A stretch of 64,000 nucleotides of DNA from Mobula hypostoma (Eukaryota), in NCBI RefSeq assembly GCF_963921235.1, contig NC_086097.1:166534001-166598000 (forward strand). Direction: 5' to 3'. Below are positions 1 to 12,554 of this stretch, one piece after another. Every line of letters begins with the position of its first letter. Position 1 is the first letter of the stretch. The position numbers and the translations under genes are program-made. Below the pieces are notes generated by a model. It searched no databases, was not told where the DNA came from, and saw only the letters and a program-made list of their open reading frames with translations.

Positions 1-10
1 CTTAAATTAC

Positions 11-18
11 CTCAGAAT
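11..18 (-). CDS. Putative 8-nt micro-exon (exon 4) of an unidentified gene divergent from NAPG
   Basis: Minus strand reads cttttccattttgtttttatAG|ATTCTGAG|GTAATT. It completes the phase-1 end of the 4125-4192 exon to give (G)AT TCT GAG = D-S-E. Reading through the donor hits TAA. Confidence 0.45.
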
Positions 19-1599
19 CTATAAAAACAAAATGGAAAAGTCATGAGAATCACAAAAGAAAATTTGCAAATGCTAGAAATCTGAAATAAAACCAGAAAAG
101 GCTAGAAAAACTTGGCAAATAGGAGAGTACCTGTGGAAAGAGAAAGAGTTAATATTTCAGGTTTGGGACTCTATATCAGAACTGATTAAAGTCATCTTTG
201 ATCCAGGGTACCTAATTACTCCAAGAATCTTGGCAATTTTAAGTACTTTCAAAATCATGGCTCTATATCTATGTCTGAAGATCTTTTAATTGAATCAATC
301 TATTCCTCTTTCCTTCCTTCAAGAATTATTTTCTTCAACTAATTGGTTTAAGTTCCACAGTGTTTTCAATTAAATGACTCAAATAATGAAGAACTGCTTT
401 GTAAAATAATCTTCCCATTTTTCCAAATAACTTGAAAAGAGGTTTGTGTTTCTTGTCAAAAGATAGTGGAAAAGCTGCCAATTGCTATTGTCAATTTTTA
501 TGAGTAGATCAAAACTAATGCAATATATCACATGGAAATTAATACAGTGCTGGAATACTGTGCAGGGCAGCCAATATCTAAATTAAATGAGATTAAGACT
601 GCAAGTAGGGCCTTTGAATAGAACATTTACTCAAGTTCCCTTAGTTTTTAGTTAGGTGAAAGATGTATGAACTGCAAATATAAATATAGGTTTAAGGTGA
701 GCGCGGACAATTTCTTCACACACAGCATGGTGCATTTACAGAATGAGTTGCCAGAGGAAATGATTGAGGCAGGAACAATGATAGCATTGGGAAGACACTT
801 ACTTGGACAGTTACATGGATAGGAAATGTTTAGAGGGATGTGGACCAAGTGCAGAGAAATAGCAGTAGTTTAGATGGAAATCTTAGTCAGCATGGAGGAG
901 ATGGACTAAAGGGCTCTTTTCCATGCTGTATTACTCTGTGACTTGATGACTCTATGATGACCTAATAGTCCCATGCCTCTGAGTATGGAGTTGAAGCTGG
1001 AAAAGTCTGAAGGTTGAAATTGAAGATGGAGTACGGGATTGAAGGCAGGATCCTTAATAGTGCGGAGGAACAGAGGGACCTTGTGGACCCCATGCACAGA
1101 TCCCATGAAGCTGTTGCACACGTTGATAGGGTGATTAAAAAGGCGGTGCAGTTTCTGTGCCATACAATGATGCAGATTGTTAGGATGCTGCCTACTGTGC
1201 ATCTGTAAAATGCCATGATTACCGATGTACATAGTCCAGCTCTCTACTGTGCATCTGTAGAATGACGTGAGTATAGATGTGCATAGTCCAGCTCACTTCA
1301 GCCTCCTCAGAAAGTGGAGGCATTGGTTAGCATCCCTGGTTGTGCAGAATGTCTTCAGGGACCATGGGCAGTTGTGTGAGATATGCACTCCCAGGAGTTT
1401 GAAACTGCACACTGTTTCAAACTCCTTTATTAGTTGAGGAATTGAGTTCAAGAACCGTGAGGTAATGTTGCAGATCTATAAACCTCTGGTTACAGCACAC
1501 TTGGAGTATTGTGTTTCAGTGTTGGTCACTTTATTATAGGAAGGATGAGAAAGCTTTAGAGAGGGTACAGAGGAGATTAATTAATATGCTTCCTGGATT

Positions 1600-2762
1600 A
1601 GAATGAGAATTACAATCACAATCAGGTTTATTATCACTGGCATATGTAGTGAAATTTGTTTACTTCGAGGCAGCAGTATAATGCTGTACATGATGATACA
1701 GAAAAAAATAAGTCAATTACAGTAAGTATGTATGTATATTAAATAGTTAAATTAAAAATAGTTCAGAAATAGAAATAATATTTTAAAAAAAGTGAGGTAG
1801 CGATCATGGGTTCAATGTCCAAATAGAATTCGGATGGCGGAGGGGAAGAAGCTATTCCTGAGTTTCTCAATGTGCGCCTGTAGGCTTCTGTTATCTCCTT
1901 CCTGATGTTAATAATGAGAAAAGGGCATGCTCTGGGTGATGGGAATCCTTAATAATGGACGCTGCCTTTCTGAGGGACCACTCCATGAAGATGTCTTGGA
2001 TACAGTGAAGGCTAGTACCCAAGATGGAGCTGACTAATTTAACAACTTTCTGAAGCTTATTTCGATCCTGTGCAGTAGCTACATTCCCCCGCCCCCTCCA
2101 AACCACACAGTGATGTAGCCTATCAGAATGCTCACCACGGTCCATTTGTAGTTTTCAAGTGTTTTAGGTGACAAACCAAATCTCCTCAGACCTCTAATGA
2201 AATATAGCTGCTGCCTTGCCTTCCTTATAGCTGCATCGATATGTTGGGACCAGGTTAAACCTTCAGAGATCTTGACACCCAGGAAATGGAAATTGCTCAC
2301 TCTCTCCACTTCTGATCCCTCTGAGGATTGGCTCGTGTTCCCTCATCTTACCCTTCCTGAAGTCCACAATCACTCTGTGTCTTACTGGCATTGAGTGCAA
2401 AATTGTTGCTGTGACAGCACTCTCTCTTTTGTACGCCCTCTTGTATCCATCCGGAAATTCTACCAACAATGGTTGTAACATCAGCAGATTTACAGATGGG
2501 ATTGTGTTGTACCTAGCCCCACAGTCGTGGGTATAGGGAGAGTAGAGCAGTTTGCTAAGCACACATCCCTGAGGTGCGGCAGTCGACAGATTGTCGGCGA
2601 GGAGGACATATTACCAATCCACACAGATTGTGGTCTTCCAGTTGAGAAGTCAAAGGTCCATTTGCAGAGAGAGGTACAGAGGATCAGGTTCTGTAGCTTA
2701 TCAGTCAGGACTGTGGGAACGATAGTGTTAAACGCTGAGCTATAGCCAACAAACAGCATCCT
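1600..2762 (-). mobile_element. Degenerate Rex/Babar-type LINE (RT 3' part and 3'UTR)
   Basis: ORF fragments [80 protein letters not shown]. Confidence 0.85.
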
Positions 2763-4124
2763 GAAATAGAAAGCCTATCTTAAAAGAAAAGACTGAGTGA
2801 GCTACTGCTTTTCTCTTTGGAGCAAAAGAGGAATGAGAGGGACCTGGTAGAGGCGTATAAGATGATAAGAGGTATTGATAGAAAAGACCAGTGTCTTTTT
2901 CCCAGGGCAGAAATGGCTAATATGAGAGGGTATAATTTTAAGGTGACTGGAAGCAAATATTGGGCGAAGGTCAGAGATAGGTTTTCTACATAGTGGTGGG
3001 TGCCGGGAATGTGCTGCCAGAAGTGGTGGTAGAGGCAGATATAGTACAGAGATTTAAGAGGCTCATAGACAGGCATGTGGATGAATGAAAAATGGAGTGT
3101 TATATGGGAGCGAAGCATTAGGTTGATCAGGGAGTAGGTTAAAAGTCAGTACAATATTGTGAGTTGAAGGGCCTGTACCGTGGTGTACTGTTCTATGTTC
3201 AATATTCTCGACAGGTTTTTGAACACCAAGGGAATTGGAGAACATGGAGAAAGTGGATTAAGGTCAAAGGTTGGCGAGCAGGCTCAATGTGTCATGTGGC
3301 CTGTTTCTGCTTCTATATCTTAAGATGAAATGACATTTAATGGTTGATTTGATGTGCTGTTACTGTTAGAACAATCTTATTATTTTGAAAAAAAAACTTC
3401 AATAATTTAAATTTCAAGCAAAACAACACAACATTGGAGGAACTCAGCAAGTCAGGCTGCAGCTATGGAAGAAAATGGAAGGGATCCTTCATCTGGACTG
3501 AATGATAGAGGGGAGAGGCGTACCGAGAGACAGCAGGTGGTGGATCGACCCAGGTGAGGAGGGGAAATGAGAATGGTGTCAGAAGCTAGGAGGTGATAGG
3601 TGAAGTGACAAAAGGCTGAAGATTATGGAATATCACACGAGCTGAAGGAGCATGGAATAACGGGAGGGAGGTGGAGAGGAGAGATGTAGGGGAGTAGACC
3701 CCGTTGGAAAGATGATCAATATTAGGGTCAAGTCTCTTCATCTGGAATGAAAGATTGAGGGTCAGAAGCTGGGAGGTTAAATTTCATAATATTTTAAAAA
3801 TGGAAATGTTACAAATAAATAAATAACAAGTTAGAATTAAAAATAAATTAACAGTTCAGCCTTGAATAGTTAGTGATTACAGAGCAACTGGTGCAGAAGA
3901 ACCCTTTCCGGAAGGTGTCAACAAAAAAAATCTGTGAGCCTGAGTTAATCACTTTGTCAGAACTCATCTAAGACTTGAAATATCTTTTCACAGATGCTGC
4001 TTGATCTACTGAGTGTTTCTGGTATTTTCAGTTTTTTATTTCATATTTACACCATTTGCAATATTTTTTATCACTGGAAACAAAGTTGTCAAAATGTGAT
4101 TGCCTATTAACGTTCTAGCCATAC

Positions 4125-4192
4125 CTTGGGTTAAACCTGCTGTGTGAGGAGGGTTGAAATGGGGTTTCAATTCGTTAAAAATTTTGAACTCA
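4125..4192 (-). CDS. Putative exon 3 of unidentified divergent gene (EFKIFNELKPHFNPPHTAGLTQ)
   Basis: Acceptor ttttcattttatcattacttAG, donor CAAG|GTATGG. 68 nt with only one open frame, phase 2 in and phase 1 out. No repeat similarity recognised. Confidence 0.55.
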
Positions 4193-4311
4193 CTAAGTAA
4201 TGATAAAATGAAAATATCACACTGATAAAATTATTCATGGTGGAATATTTCTGTTAGCACTATAATATAATATCACTTTAATAAAATCAAGATATTATAA
4301 AAAATTAGTAC

Positions 4312-4446
4312 TTTTTTCCATTATTGACTAATCGCTCATTGTCTTTGGGAACTAGATTGTATTCTGCTTCCTTAAACTGCTGTAGTTGTGATTTGAAAGT
4401 ATCACCACAGTGTCCAACGCAGGTATGGAGTTCCAAGATTTTGACT
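4312..4446 (-). CDS. Putative exon 2 of unidentified divergent gene (VKILELHTCVGHCGDTFKSQLQQFKEAEYNLVPKDNERLVNNGK)
   Basis: Acceptor ttacttctccatcttAG, weaker donor AA|GTACTA. 135 nt stop-free in AT-rich DNA (inside ORF 4305..4505). Phase 2/2 fits the neighbouring candidate exons. Confidence 0.5.
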
Positions 4447-4671
4447 CTAAGATGGAGAAGTAATAATGATGACATCTTTGAGTCTGGGGGGGGTGGGGTT
4501 GGCATTCTAACATTTAACTGTCATTCATTCTTTGGGGCACTCCTCTGTTTTTGTGGATGTTTGTGAGGAAAAAGAATTTCAGAATGTATATTGTATACAT
4601 TGCTCTGACATTAAATGTACCTATTGAAGATAGCATGGCAGAGCCTCTACTTTCTTAGAGGTTTGTGTAGA

Positions 4672-5072
4672 TAGACAATAGGTGCAGGAGTAGGCCATTC
4701 AGCCCTTTGAGCCAGCACCACCATTCACTGTGGTCATGGCTGATCATCCACAGTCAGTACCCTTTTCCTGCCTTCTCCCCATATCCCTTCACTCCACTAT
4801 CTTTAAGAGCTCTATCTAACTTTTTTTTGAAAGAATCCAGAAAATTGGCTTCTACTGCCTTCTGAGGAAGAGTATTCCAAAGAACCACAACCCTCTTGTG
4901 TAAAAAGGTTTTCCTTCAACTCTGTTCCAAATTGTCTACCCCTTATTCTTAAACTGTGGCCTCTGGTTCTGGAATCCCCCAACATCGGGAACATGTTTCC
5001 TGCCTCGAGTGTGTACAATCCCTTAATAGTCTTATATGTTTCAATCAGATCCCCTCTCATCCTTCTAAATTG
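4672..5072 (-). mobile_element. CR1-type LINE 3' fragment
   Basis: MRGDLIETYKTIKGL...MFPMLGDSRTRGHSLRIRG plus CR1 3' tail (ggcctactcctgcacctattgtct). Confidence 0.85.
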
Positions 5073-5662
5073 CTTTTAGAATGGCATATCATCTAAAACT
5101 TTGATAAACTTCTGTGGCTGCACAGTGGAGAGTATATTGACTGGTTGTAGCATGACCTGGTATGGAAACACCAGTGCACAGGAACAGAAAAGCCTACAAA
5201 AATTGGTGGATACCACCCAATTCATCACAGGAAACTCCCTTCCCACCACTGACTACGTCCATAAGGAGCGTCACCACAAGAAGGCAGCATCCATCGTCAA
5301 GGACTTCCATTGTCCAGGCCATGCTCTCTTCTTGCTGCTACCATCAGGAGCCTTACATCCTCATACCATCAGATTCAGAAACAGTTATTACCCTTCAACC
5401 ATCAAGCTCCTGAACCAGTGTGGACAGCTTCACTCCCCACACCTCTGTACTGATTATTGAAAATAACCTATGGTCTCACCTTTAAGGTCTCGACAACTCC
5501 TGTTCTCAGCATTATTTGTTTATTTTTTTTAGTTACAGTTTGTCTTCTTTTGCGTATTGGTTGCTGTCAGTCTTTGTGTATAGTTTTTCGTTGATTATTT
5601 GTTATACTGTGAATGCCTGCAAGAAAATGAATTGCAGGATAGTACTTGGTAACACATACATA

Positions 5663-6916
5663 CAGGTGGCCCCTGTTTTCCAAATGTTTGCTTTATGACA
5701 CCTCGCTGTTACGAAAGACCTACATTAGTTACCGGCTTTCACTAACAGAAGGTGTTTTCACTGTTACGTAAAAAGGCAGTGTGTGAATAGAGGCAGCGCG
5801 CGAGAAAAGACAGTGCACGCCCAAACAGCCAAGCTCCTCCCCTGGAACTGCATTCTAGCCGCCATTGCTTAAGCACGTGCTTTATCTCGATTTATTTTGT
5901 TCATTCGTTAGCAAGATGAGTTCTAAGGTATCAGAAAAGCCTAAAAGAGCTCATAAGGGTGTTACACTTAGCGTAAAACTGAACATAATTAAGCATTTCA
6001 ATCCTGGAGAATGAAGTAAGGACATTGTCCGTGCGTTGAACTTGGCTGCATCCACCATTCGCACTATTTATACACAGAGAGAAAGAATTTTGAAAGCTGC
6101 CGATGTTACTGTTGGTTCTGCTCGTAGCAAAGTGGTCTCTCTTAGTCGGCATCCAATAATGGATAAAATGGAAAGTCTATTGCTTGAGTGGAGTGATGGG
6201 TGTACAAAGCGTGGTGTTCCGTTAAGTTTTTTTATACTTAAGGAGAAATCAGTCAGTCTTTTTAATAAGTTGAAACAGAAAGCACTGGACGATAGTGATG
6301 CAAGTGTTGTGAAAGTGGAATTTAAAGGTAGTCATGGGTGGTTTGATGGGTTTCTGAGGTGAGGGCAGCTTCATAGTTTAACGTTTACCAAAGAGAGTGC
6401 TTCAGCTGATACTGAAGCTGCCAAAAAGTTCCAGGCAGAACTGAAGAAAATAATTACAGAAGGTGTTATTCGTATAAGCAAGCGTTTAACTGCAATTTAT
6501 TAGTCTTCCCGATTCTGGTAAGTGAAACTGCACTGTACATACATTGTTTCTACTTTATATAGGCTGTGTATTTTTATGTGTTATTTGGTATGATTTGGCA
6601 GCTTCATAGCTTAAGGTTACTGGAAAGAGTGTTTCTGCTGAGAGTGCTGCTGTGAGATTTTCGCTGTGCTAGACAGTGCTGCAGAAAAGTACTTCTACTT
6701 TATATAGGCTGTGTATTTATCATATCATTCCTGCTTTTACTATATGTTACTGTTATTTTAGGGTTTACGTGTCATTTGGCATGATTTTGTAGGTTATTTT
6801 TTGGGTCTGGGAACACTCAAATTTTTCCCATATTAATTGCTTATTCACTTTACGACATTCCGACTTACGAACCGTTTCATAGGAACGCTCTACCTTCGGA
6901 TAGTGGGGGAAACCTG
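5663..6916 (+). mobile_element. pogo/Tigger non-autonomous deletion derivative (CENP-B-type HTH only), inserted in a Rex/Babar 3'UTR
   Basis: TA|CAGGTGGCCCC...GGGGAAACCTG|TA termini. ORF 6036..6362 (STIRTI...MESLLLEW...EFKGSHGWFDGF) has stops and no DDE domain. Confidence 0.9.
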
Positions 6917-7631
6917 TACGTGGATAATGAATTTACTTTGAACCTTGAACAATGCAACTAGTCAAATGCTCTCCATAGTACATACATAGAAATTTGTGAC
7001 ATACCGTGTCCTCAAATGAAGTAGAGTGCTAACTTGCCTTCTTCATAAATGGGATCAATGTGCTGAACCCAAGATAGATCGTCCTTTATTCTGTGTATAA
7101 TTTATGTTTTTCTTGTGAATACTGCTTATATTATGTTATGTTCCATCGATGCTACTGCAAGTACTGTAGGTACTTCTGTGCACCCATGCATAACATGTAC
7201 TTGTGCATATGATAATAAATTCAACTTTGAATTTTGATTGCAATCAGTTATAGAGCCTCTAAAGCTGGTGTGTTTATACAATAAGTGCATCCCAGGTAAA
7301 AGAAAAACAGCGCATCATTGCTGAAATGACTGCCCTGCTAGAAACGAAGTGGAGGAGAGGACACTGCACTTCTCATAAAGTTTAATGGCGGTTGGCAGAC
7401 CAACATTAGGTGCCTTTATGCTACCTACTGACTTAGAGTGGGGAGTAAAGAGACAGGAAGTATACCCAATAAACTCCTCCCCCCCAAATAAACTCAAATA
7501 ATATCAAAAAGTCTACTACTTTTCAGAAAGTCAGAATGTACTTTTATACATTACGATGGCACTTTGATATCCTAACAAACTTTCCACGTAAAACTGTGTC
7601 TGTCCTAACGATCTCAATTTAGCAATTAGAT

Positions 7632-9848
7632 CAAGCAACACACACAAAATGCTGGTGAACGCAGCAGGCCAGGCAGCATCTATAGGAAGAGGTACAGTCG
7701 ACGTTTTGGGCCCAGACCCTTCGCCAGGACTAACTGAAAGAAGAGATAGTAAGAGATTTGAAAGTGGGAGGGGGAGATCCGAAATGATAGGAGAAGACAG
7801 GAGGGGGAGGGATAGAGCTAAGAGCTAGAAAGTTGATTGGCAAAAGGGATACAAGGCTGGAGAAGGGAGAGGATCATGGGATGGGAGACCTAGGGAGAAA
7901 GAAAGGGGGAGGGGAGCATTAGAGGAAGTTATAGTGAGAGGGACAGAGGGAGAAAAAAGAGAGAGAAAGAAAGGGGGAAAAGAAAAAATAATAAATAAAT
8001 AAGGGATGGGTAGGAAAGGGAGGAGGGGCATTGACAGAAATCAATGTTCATGCCATCAGGTTGGAGGTTACCCAGACGGAATATAAGGTGTTGTTCCTCC
8101 AACCTGAGTGTGGCTTTATCTTGACAGTAGAGGAGGCCATGGATGGACATATCAGAATGGGAAAGGGACGTGGAATTAAAATGTGTGGCCACTGGGAGAT
8201 CCTGCTTTCTCTGGCATACAGAACATAAGTGTTCAGCGAAACGGTCTCCCATTGTGCGTCGGGTCTCGCCAATATATAGAAGGCCGCACCGGGAGCACCT
8301 GACGCAGTATATCACACCAGCTGACTCACAGGTGAAGTGTCGCCTCACCTGGAAGGTCTGTCTGGGGCCCTGAATGGTGGTGAGGGCGGAAGTGTAGGGG
8401 CAGGTGTAGCACTTGTTCCGCTTACAAGGATAAGTGCCGGGAGGGAGATCAGTGGGGAGGGATTGGGGGGACGAATGGACAAGGGAGTCGCATAGGGAGT
8501 GATCCCTGCGGAAAGCAGAAAGGGGGGGGGAGGGAAAGATGTGCTTGGTGGTGGGTTCCTTTTGTAGGTGGCAAAAGTTACGGAGAATTATATGTTGGAC
8601 CCAGAGGCTGGTGGGGTCGTAGGTGAGGAAAAGGGGAACTCTATCCCTAGTGGGGTGGCGGGAGGATGGGGTGAGAGCAGATGTGCATGAAATGGGAGAG
8701 ATATGTTTGAGAGCAGAGTTGATGGTGGAGGAAGGAAAGCCCCTTTCTTTTATATATAAAAAAAAGGACATCTCCTTCGCCCTGGAGTGAAAAGCCTCAT
8801 CCTTTGAGCAGATGCAGTGGAGATGGAGTAAGTGCGAGAAGGGGATGGCATTTTTGCCAGAGATAGGATGGGAAGAGGAATAGTCCAGGTAGCTGTGAGA
8901 GTTCATAGTAGGGTTGCCAACTTTCTCACTCCTAAATAAGGGACAAAAGTAGCAGTCAAATACGGGACACTTGTGTTTACCCCGAGAAAGACTACCATGA
9001 CTGTGAAGCCTTGTGCAGGCACCTGTGTGTGTGCATGCGTGTACGTGCCAATTTTTTTTCCTACAAATCAGTTTTGGCTTAATCTTCCCAATTCTGCTTT
9101 TACTATATATTAGCGTTATTTCAGGTTTTATGTGTTATTTGGTATGACTTGGTAGGTTATGTTTTGGGACTGGGAATGCTCAAAATTTTTCCCATATAAA
9201 TTAATGGTAATTGCTTCTTCGCTTTACACCATTTTGGCTTATGAGAGGTTTCATAGGAACACTCTAACTTAGCGGGGGAAATACGGGACAAGGGCAGTCC
9301 CATATGGGACAAACCAATTTACCCCAATATATGGGATGACCCGGCTAATACGGGACAGTTGGCAACCCTAGTCCGTAGGCTTATAGTAGACATCAGTAGA
9401 TAAGCTGGCTTCAGAGATAGACAGAAAGATCAAGAAAGGGGAGGGTGGTGTCGGAAATGGACCAGGTAAACTTGAAGGCAGGGTGAAAGTTGGAGGCAAA
9501 GTTAATGAAGTCAATATCTTCCTCTGATGCTCCCCTCCCCCTTTCTTTCTCCCTGGGCCTCCCATCCCATGATCCCCTCCCTTCTCCAGCCTTGTATTCC
9601 TTTGCCACTCAACTTTCCAGCTCTTGGCTCCATCCCTCTCCTTCCTGCCTTCTCCTATCATTTCCCCCTCCCCCTCCCACTTTCAAATCTCTTACTATCT
9701 CTTCTTTCAGTTAGTCCTGACAAAAGGTCTCGGCCCGAAACGTTGACTGTACCTCTTCCTATAGATGCTGCCCGGCCTGCTGCGTTCCACCAGCATTTTG
9801 CGTGTGTTGCTTGAATTTCCAGCATCTGCAGACTTCCTCGTGTTTGCG
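7632..9848 (-). mobile_element. Penelope-like element, 5'-truncated, with an inverted pseudo-LTR and a 13-bp TSD
   Basis: ORF 7929..8906 has the GIY-YIG motif VIYCVRCSRCGLLYIGET and a CxxxxCxTC linker. About 295-bp inverted arms at 7632-7925 and 9517-9814. TSD ttagcaattagat at 7619-7631 and 9849-9861. Confidence 0.93.
8909..9370. mobile_element. hAT (Blackjack-like) MITE nested in the Penelope element
   Basis: TIRs TAGGGTTGCCAAC / GTTGGCAACCCTA. 8-bp TSD gttcatag / gtccgtag (2 transitions); the empty site gtccatag is present in the sister Penelope near 30998. Subterminal aatacgggaca repeats. Confidence 0.88.
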
Positions 9849-11914
9849 TTAGCAATTAGATATTTCCTTTGCACCTCATAGGAACTGCATTCAAACAATA
9901 CATGCTGCATCGTTTCTTCACAAGTGCATTCTCTACACAGCCCATATCATGCATATTAATTCTGAACAAGGAATTATTCAGTCTAGTATATCCAATATAT
10001 AAACATGAAAATATAACTTCTTCCTTCCTTTTATACTCATCTACCGGTTGACTTCTCACTATCTTCTGAATTTTATATAAATGCTGTCCTTTTTCATATC
10101 CCAACTCTGCTGCCACAGTGATCGAATTGACTTTTTAAATATGGCTTTCACCTCCCCTTTATGTAAAGGAACCACTGCATTTACATCCTTAATTTTAAGT
10201 GATGCTTGGCAAGAGTGTCTGCCACCTTGTTTCCTTCAACTGCAAGAAATGTATACATACATAAGTCTAGACGCTGCAGCCTCAACAGATGCTGTCCAAT
10301 CTCAGGAAGAACGTCTGGCCACAATTTGAAATATCTGTTTTAATATATGCCAAAACTGAGAACAAATCCGAGCACACAAGCACATAATCAGGGCATATTT
10401 CTTCAACCCACTCCAAGGCTAAAATGATAGTAAGCATCTCAGGTGTGAATTCTGATACTTTGTCTGGTAATCTTTTCTGAAAAGTCATCTGATACTTTGG
10501 AACATAAACAGAAAACACCTGGAAAAACCTGTCACTGGATCTTTTGAACCACCTGTGTAGTTATGTAAGAAGTCATAACATCTGCCTTGAATAAATTGCT
10601 GAACTCCCCGTGCCACTGATATACAATCATACAATCGCTCCTCATCTTCATCTTTTCCTGAAGGCCCAAATCAACCACAGGCAAAGGGAAAAACCATGGA
10701 CGAACAACAGAAAGTCCTTGCAAAGGACTGTGAGAATGGCCAATAGGATCATAGAGGTCTCCCTACCATCCATCAGAAACATTTGTCAGGAGTGCTACGT
10801 ATGTAGGACCCTTAGTACTTCAAGGATCCCACCCATCCATCCAGCATCCTCTTTGACTTTCTACCAACAGGCAACGGACTCCAATGCATAAAGACAAGAA
10901 CAGCCAAGATGGGAAAGTTTCTTCCCTCAGGCCATTAAGCGTTTGAACTCCCTGGGGCATTGCATTCAAAGTGTCACCAGTTAATTTGTACTGTGCCCTA
11001 CAATATTTAATTTATGCACTTCGTTTTATTTATGCATAATTCATTTAATTCTTACTTTACTAAGTTATTGTGTGTTATGTGTATGGCTGTGCTTCACACC
11101 CTGGTCCAGAGAAACTTGGTCTCTATTGATGGTACACACCTACGTATATAGCTAATTGGCAATAGACTTGACTTGACTTTAAGAGATTTACCATAGAATT
11201 TGAGGTCAATTGTCGGTGTAATGTTCCTTTTAGAAAAAATGTAAACCCCTGCCGACGTCCCCATTCCTCTACTTCATTAATACCTACCTGTATTTTCTGA
11301 ACAGTATAATTTATACTCCTGTCTCTCTTACACATTGCAGGTAATAATATGGGTATGTCTGAGACGACATTTAAGAAAATAATCATAATATTAAAATGAT
11401 AATATTAAAAAGGAGTGGGCTACACGCTGTGGAGTCCCGTTCTCTATCACATACTCCTTAGGGAGTGTTGTTCCAACCCTATCTTGCATCTTCTTATCAC
11501 ATAAAAACCACCTATTCCTATCTTTTCCAGTTTGAACAGCAACATTTGTGTCCATAAAATATCATAAACTGTCTCTACACCAAAGAGTACTGCTACCAAT
11601 GATTCTTTATTAACTTGGGCCTTACGAGAGTCAAACTCCAAACTTAACACCGAATCCATGATCATTCTTCTTTTATGAAATCCAGATTGGTATACGGTCA
11701 ATTTTCCACACTTTCTACAAAATAAGAAAGCAAGCCTTGCTATAATCATTTATTCCATTAACTTACATACAATACATGTGAAGTTAGTGAAATAGGTCTC
11801 TAACTGGAAGGATTGATCTTCACCAGGTTCCAATATAGGGGTAACAACCACTAATTTATAGGAAATAGGAAGTTGCCTTTCAATCCACATAGTATTAAAG
11901 AATATTGTACATCA

Positions 11915-12350
11915 CATGAGAAGTGTTTGATGGCTCTGGAGTTCAGAAGAATGGGGATGACCTCATTGAAACCTATTGAATGTTGAAAGTCCTCAATAGC
12001 GTGGATGAGGAGAAGATGTTTCCTATGGTGGGAGAGTCTAAGTCCAGAGGACACAGCCTCAGAATAGAATGATGTCGTTTCAGAATGGAGGTGAGGAGGA
12101 ATTTCTTCAGCCAGAGAATGGTGAATCTGTGAAATTCTTTGCCACAAGCAGCTGTGGAGGCCAAGTCTTTATGTATACTTAAGGCAGAGGTTGGTAGCTT
12201 CTTGATTGCTCAAGGCATGAAGGGATATGGGGAGAAGGCAGGAGAATGGGGCCGAGAGGGAAAATGGATCGGACATGATGAAATGGTGGAGCAGACTCGA
12301 TGGGCCAAATGGCCTAATTCTGCTCCTATATCCTATGGTGTTATGGTCTT
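11915..12350 (+). mobile_element. CR1-type LINE 3' fragment
   Basis: gagttcagaagaatggggatgacctcattgaaacc... through the tgctcctatatcctatggt tail. Confidence 0.8.
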
Positions 12351-12554
12351 AAAACCAACATAAGTATTGAATCTAATAACTGTTTAAACACATTATAACA
12401 AATACTATCTTTCCCAGATGATGTCTGAGCAGTGCTATTAATAGCCCTTTAAAGTTCAGATAATGTAAATTCAACAGCCTTGCAGGAACTGGAATATTTT
12501 TTTTCTCAGCAATCTGAGGATTGCTTGTCAAAAAAGCTGTTTCTCTATAAGTTA

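Noticed and set aside
7690..7735. Active hammerheads at about 7700, 9715, 29800, 35830, 60060 and 62980
   Set aside because: Each has substitutions in the CUGANGA box, the GAAA box or the cleavage-site region, so they are treated as decayed copies.
7929..8906. Longest ORF (325 aa) as a host gene
   Set aside because: It is the Penelope RT C-terminus and GIY-YIG region, truncated by a MITE, with sister copies in the window.
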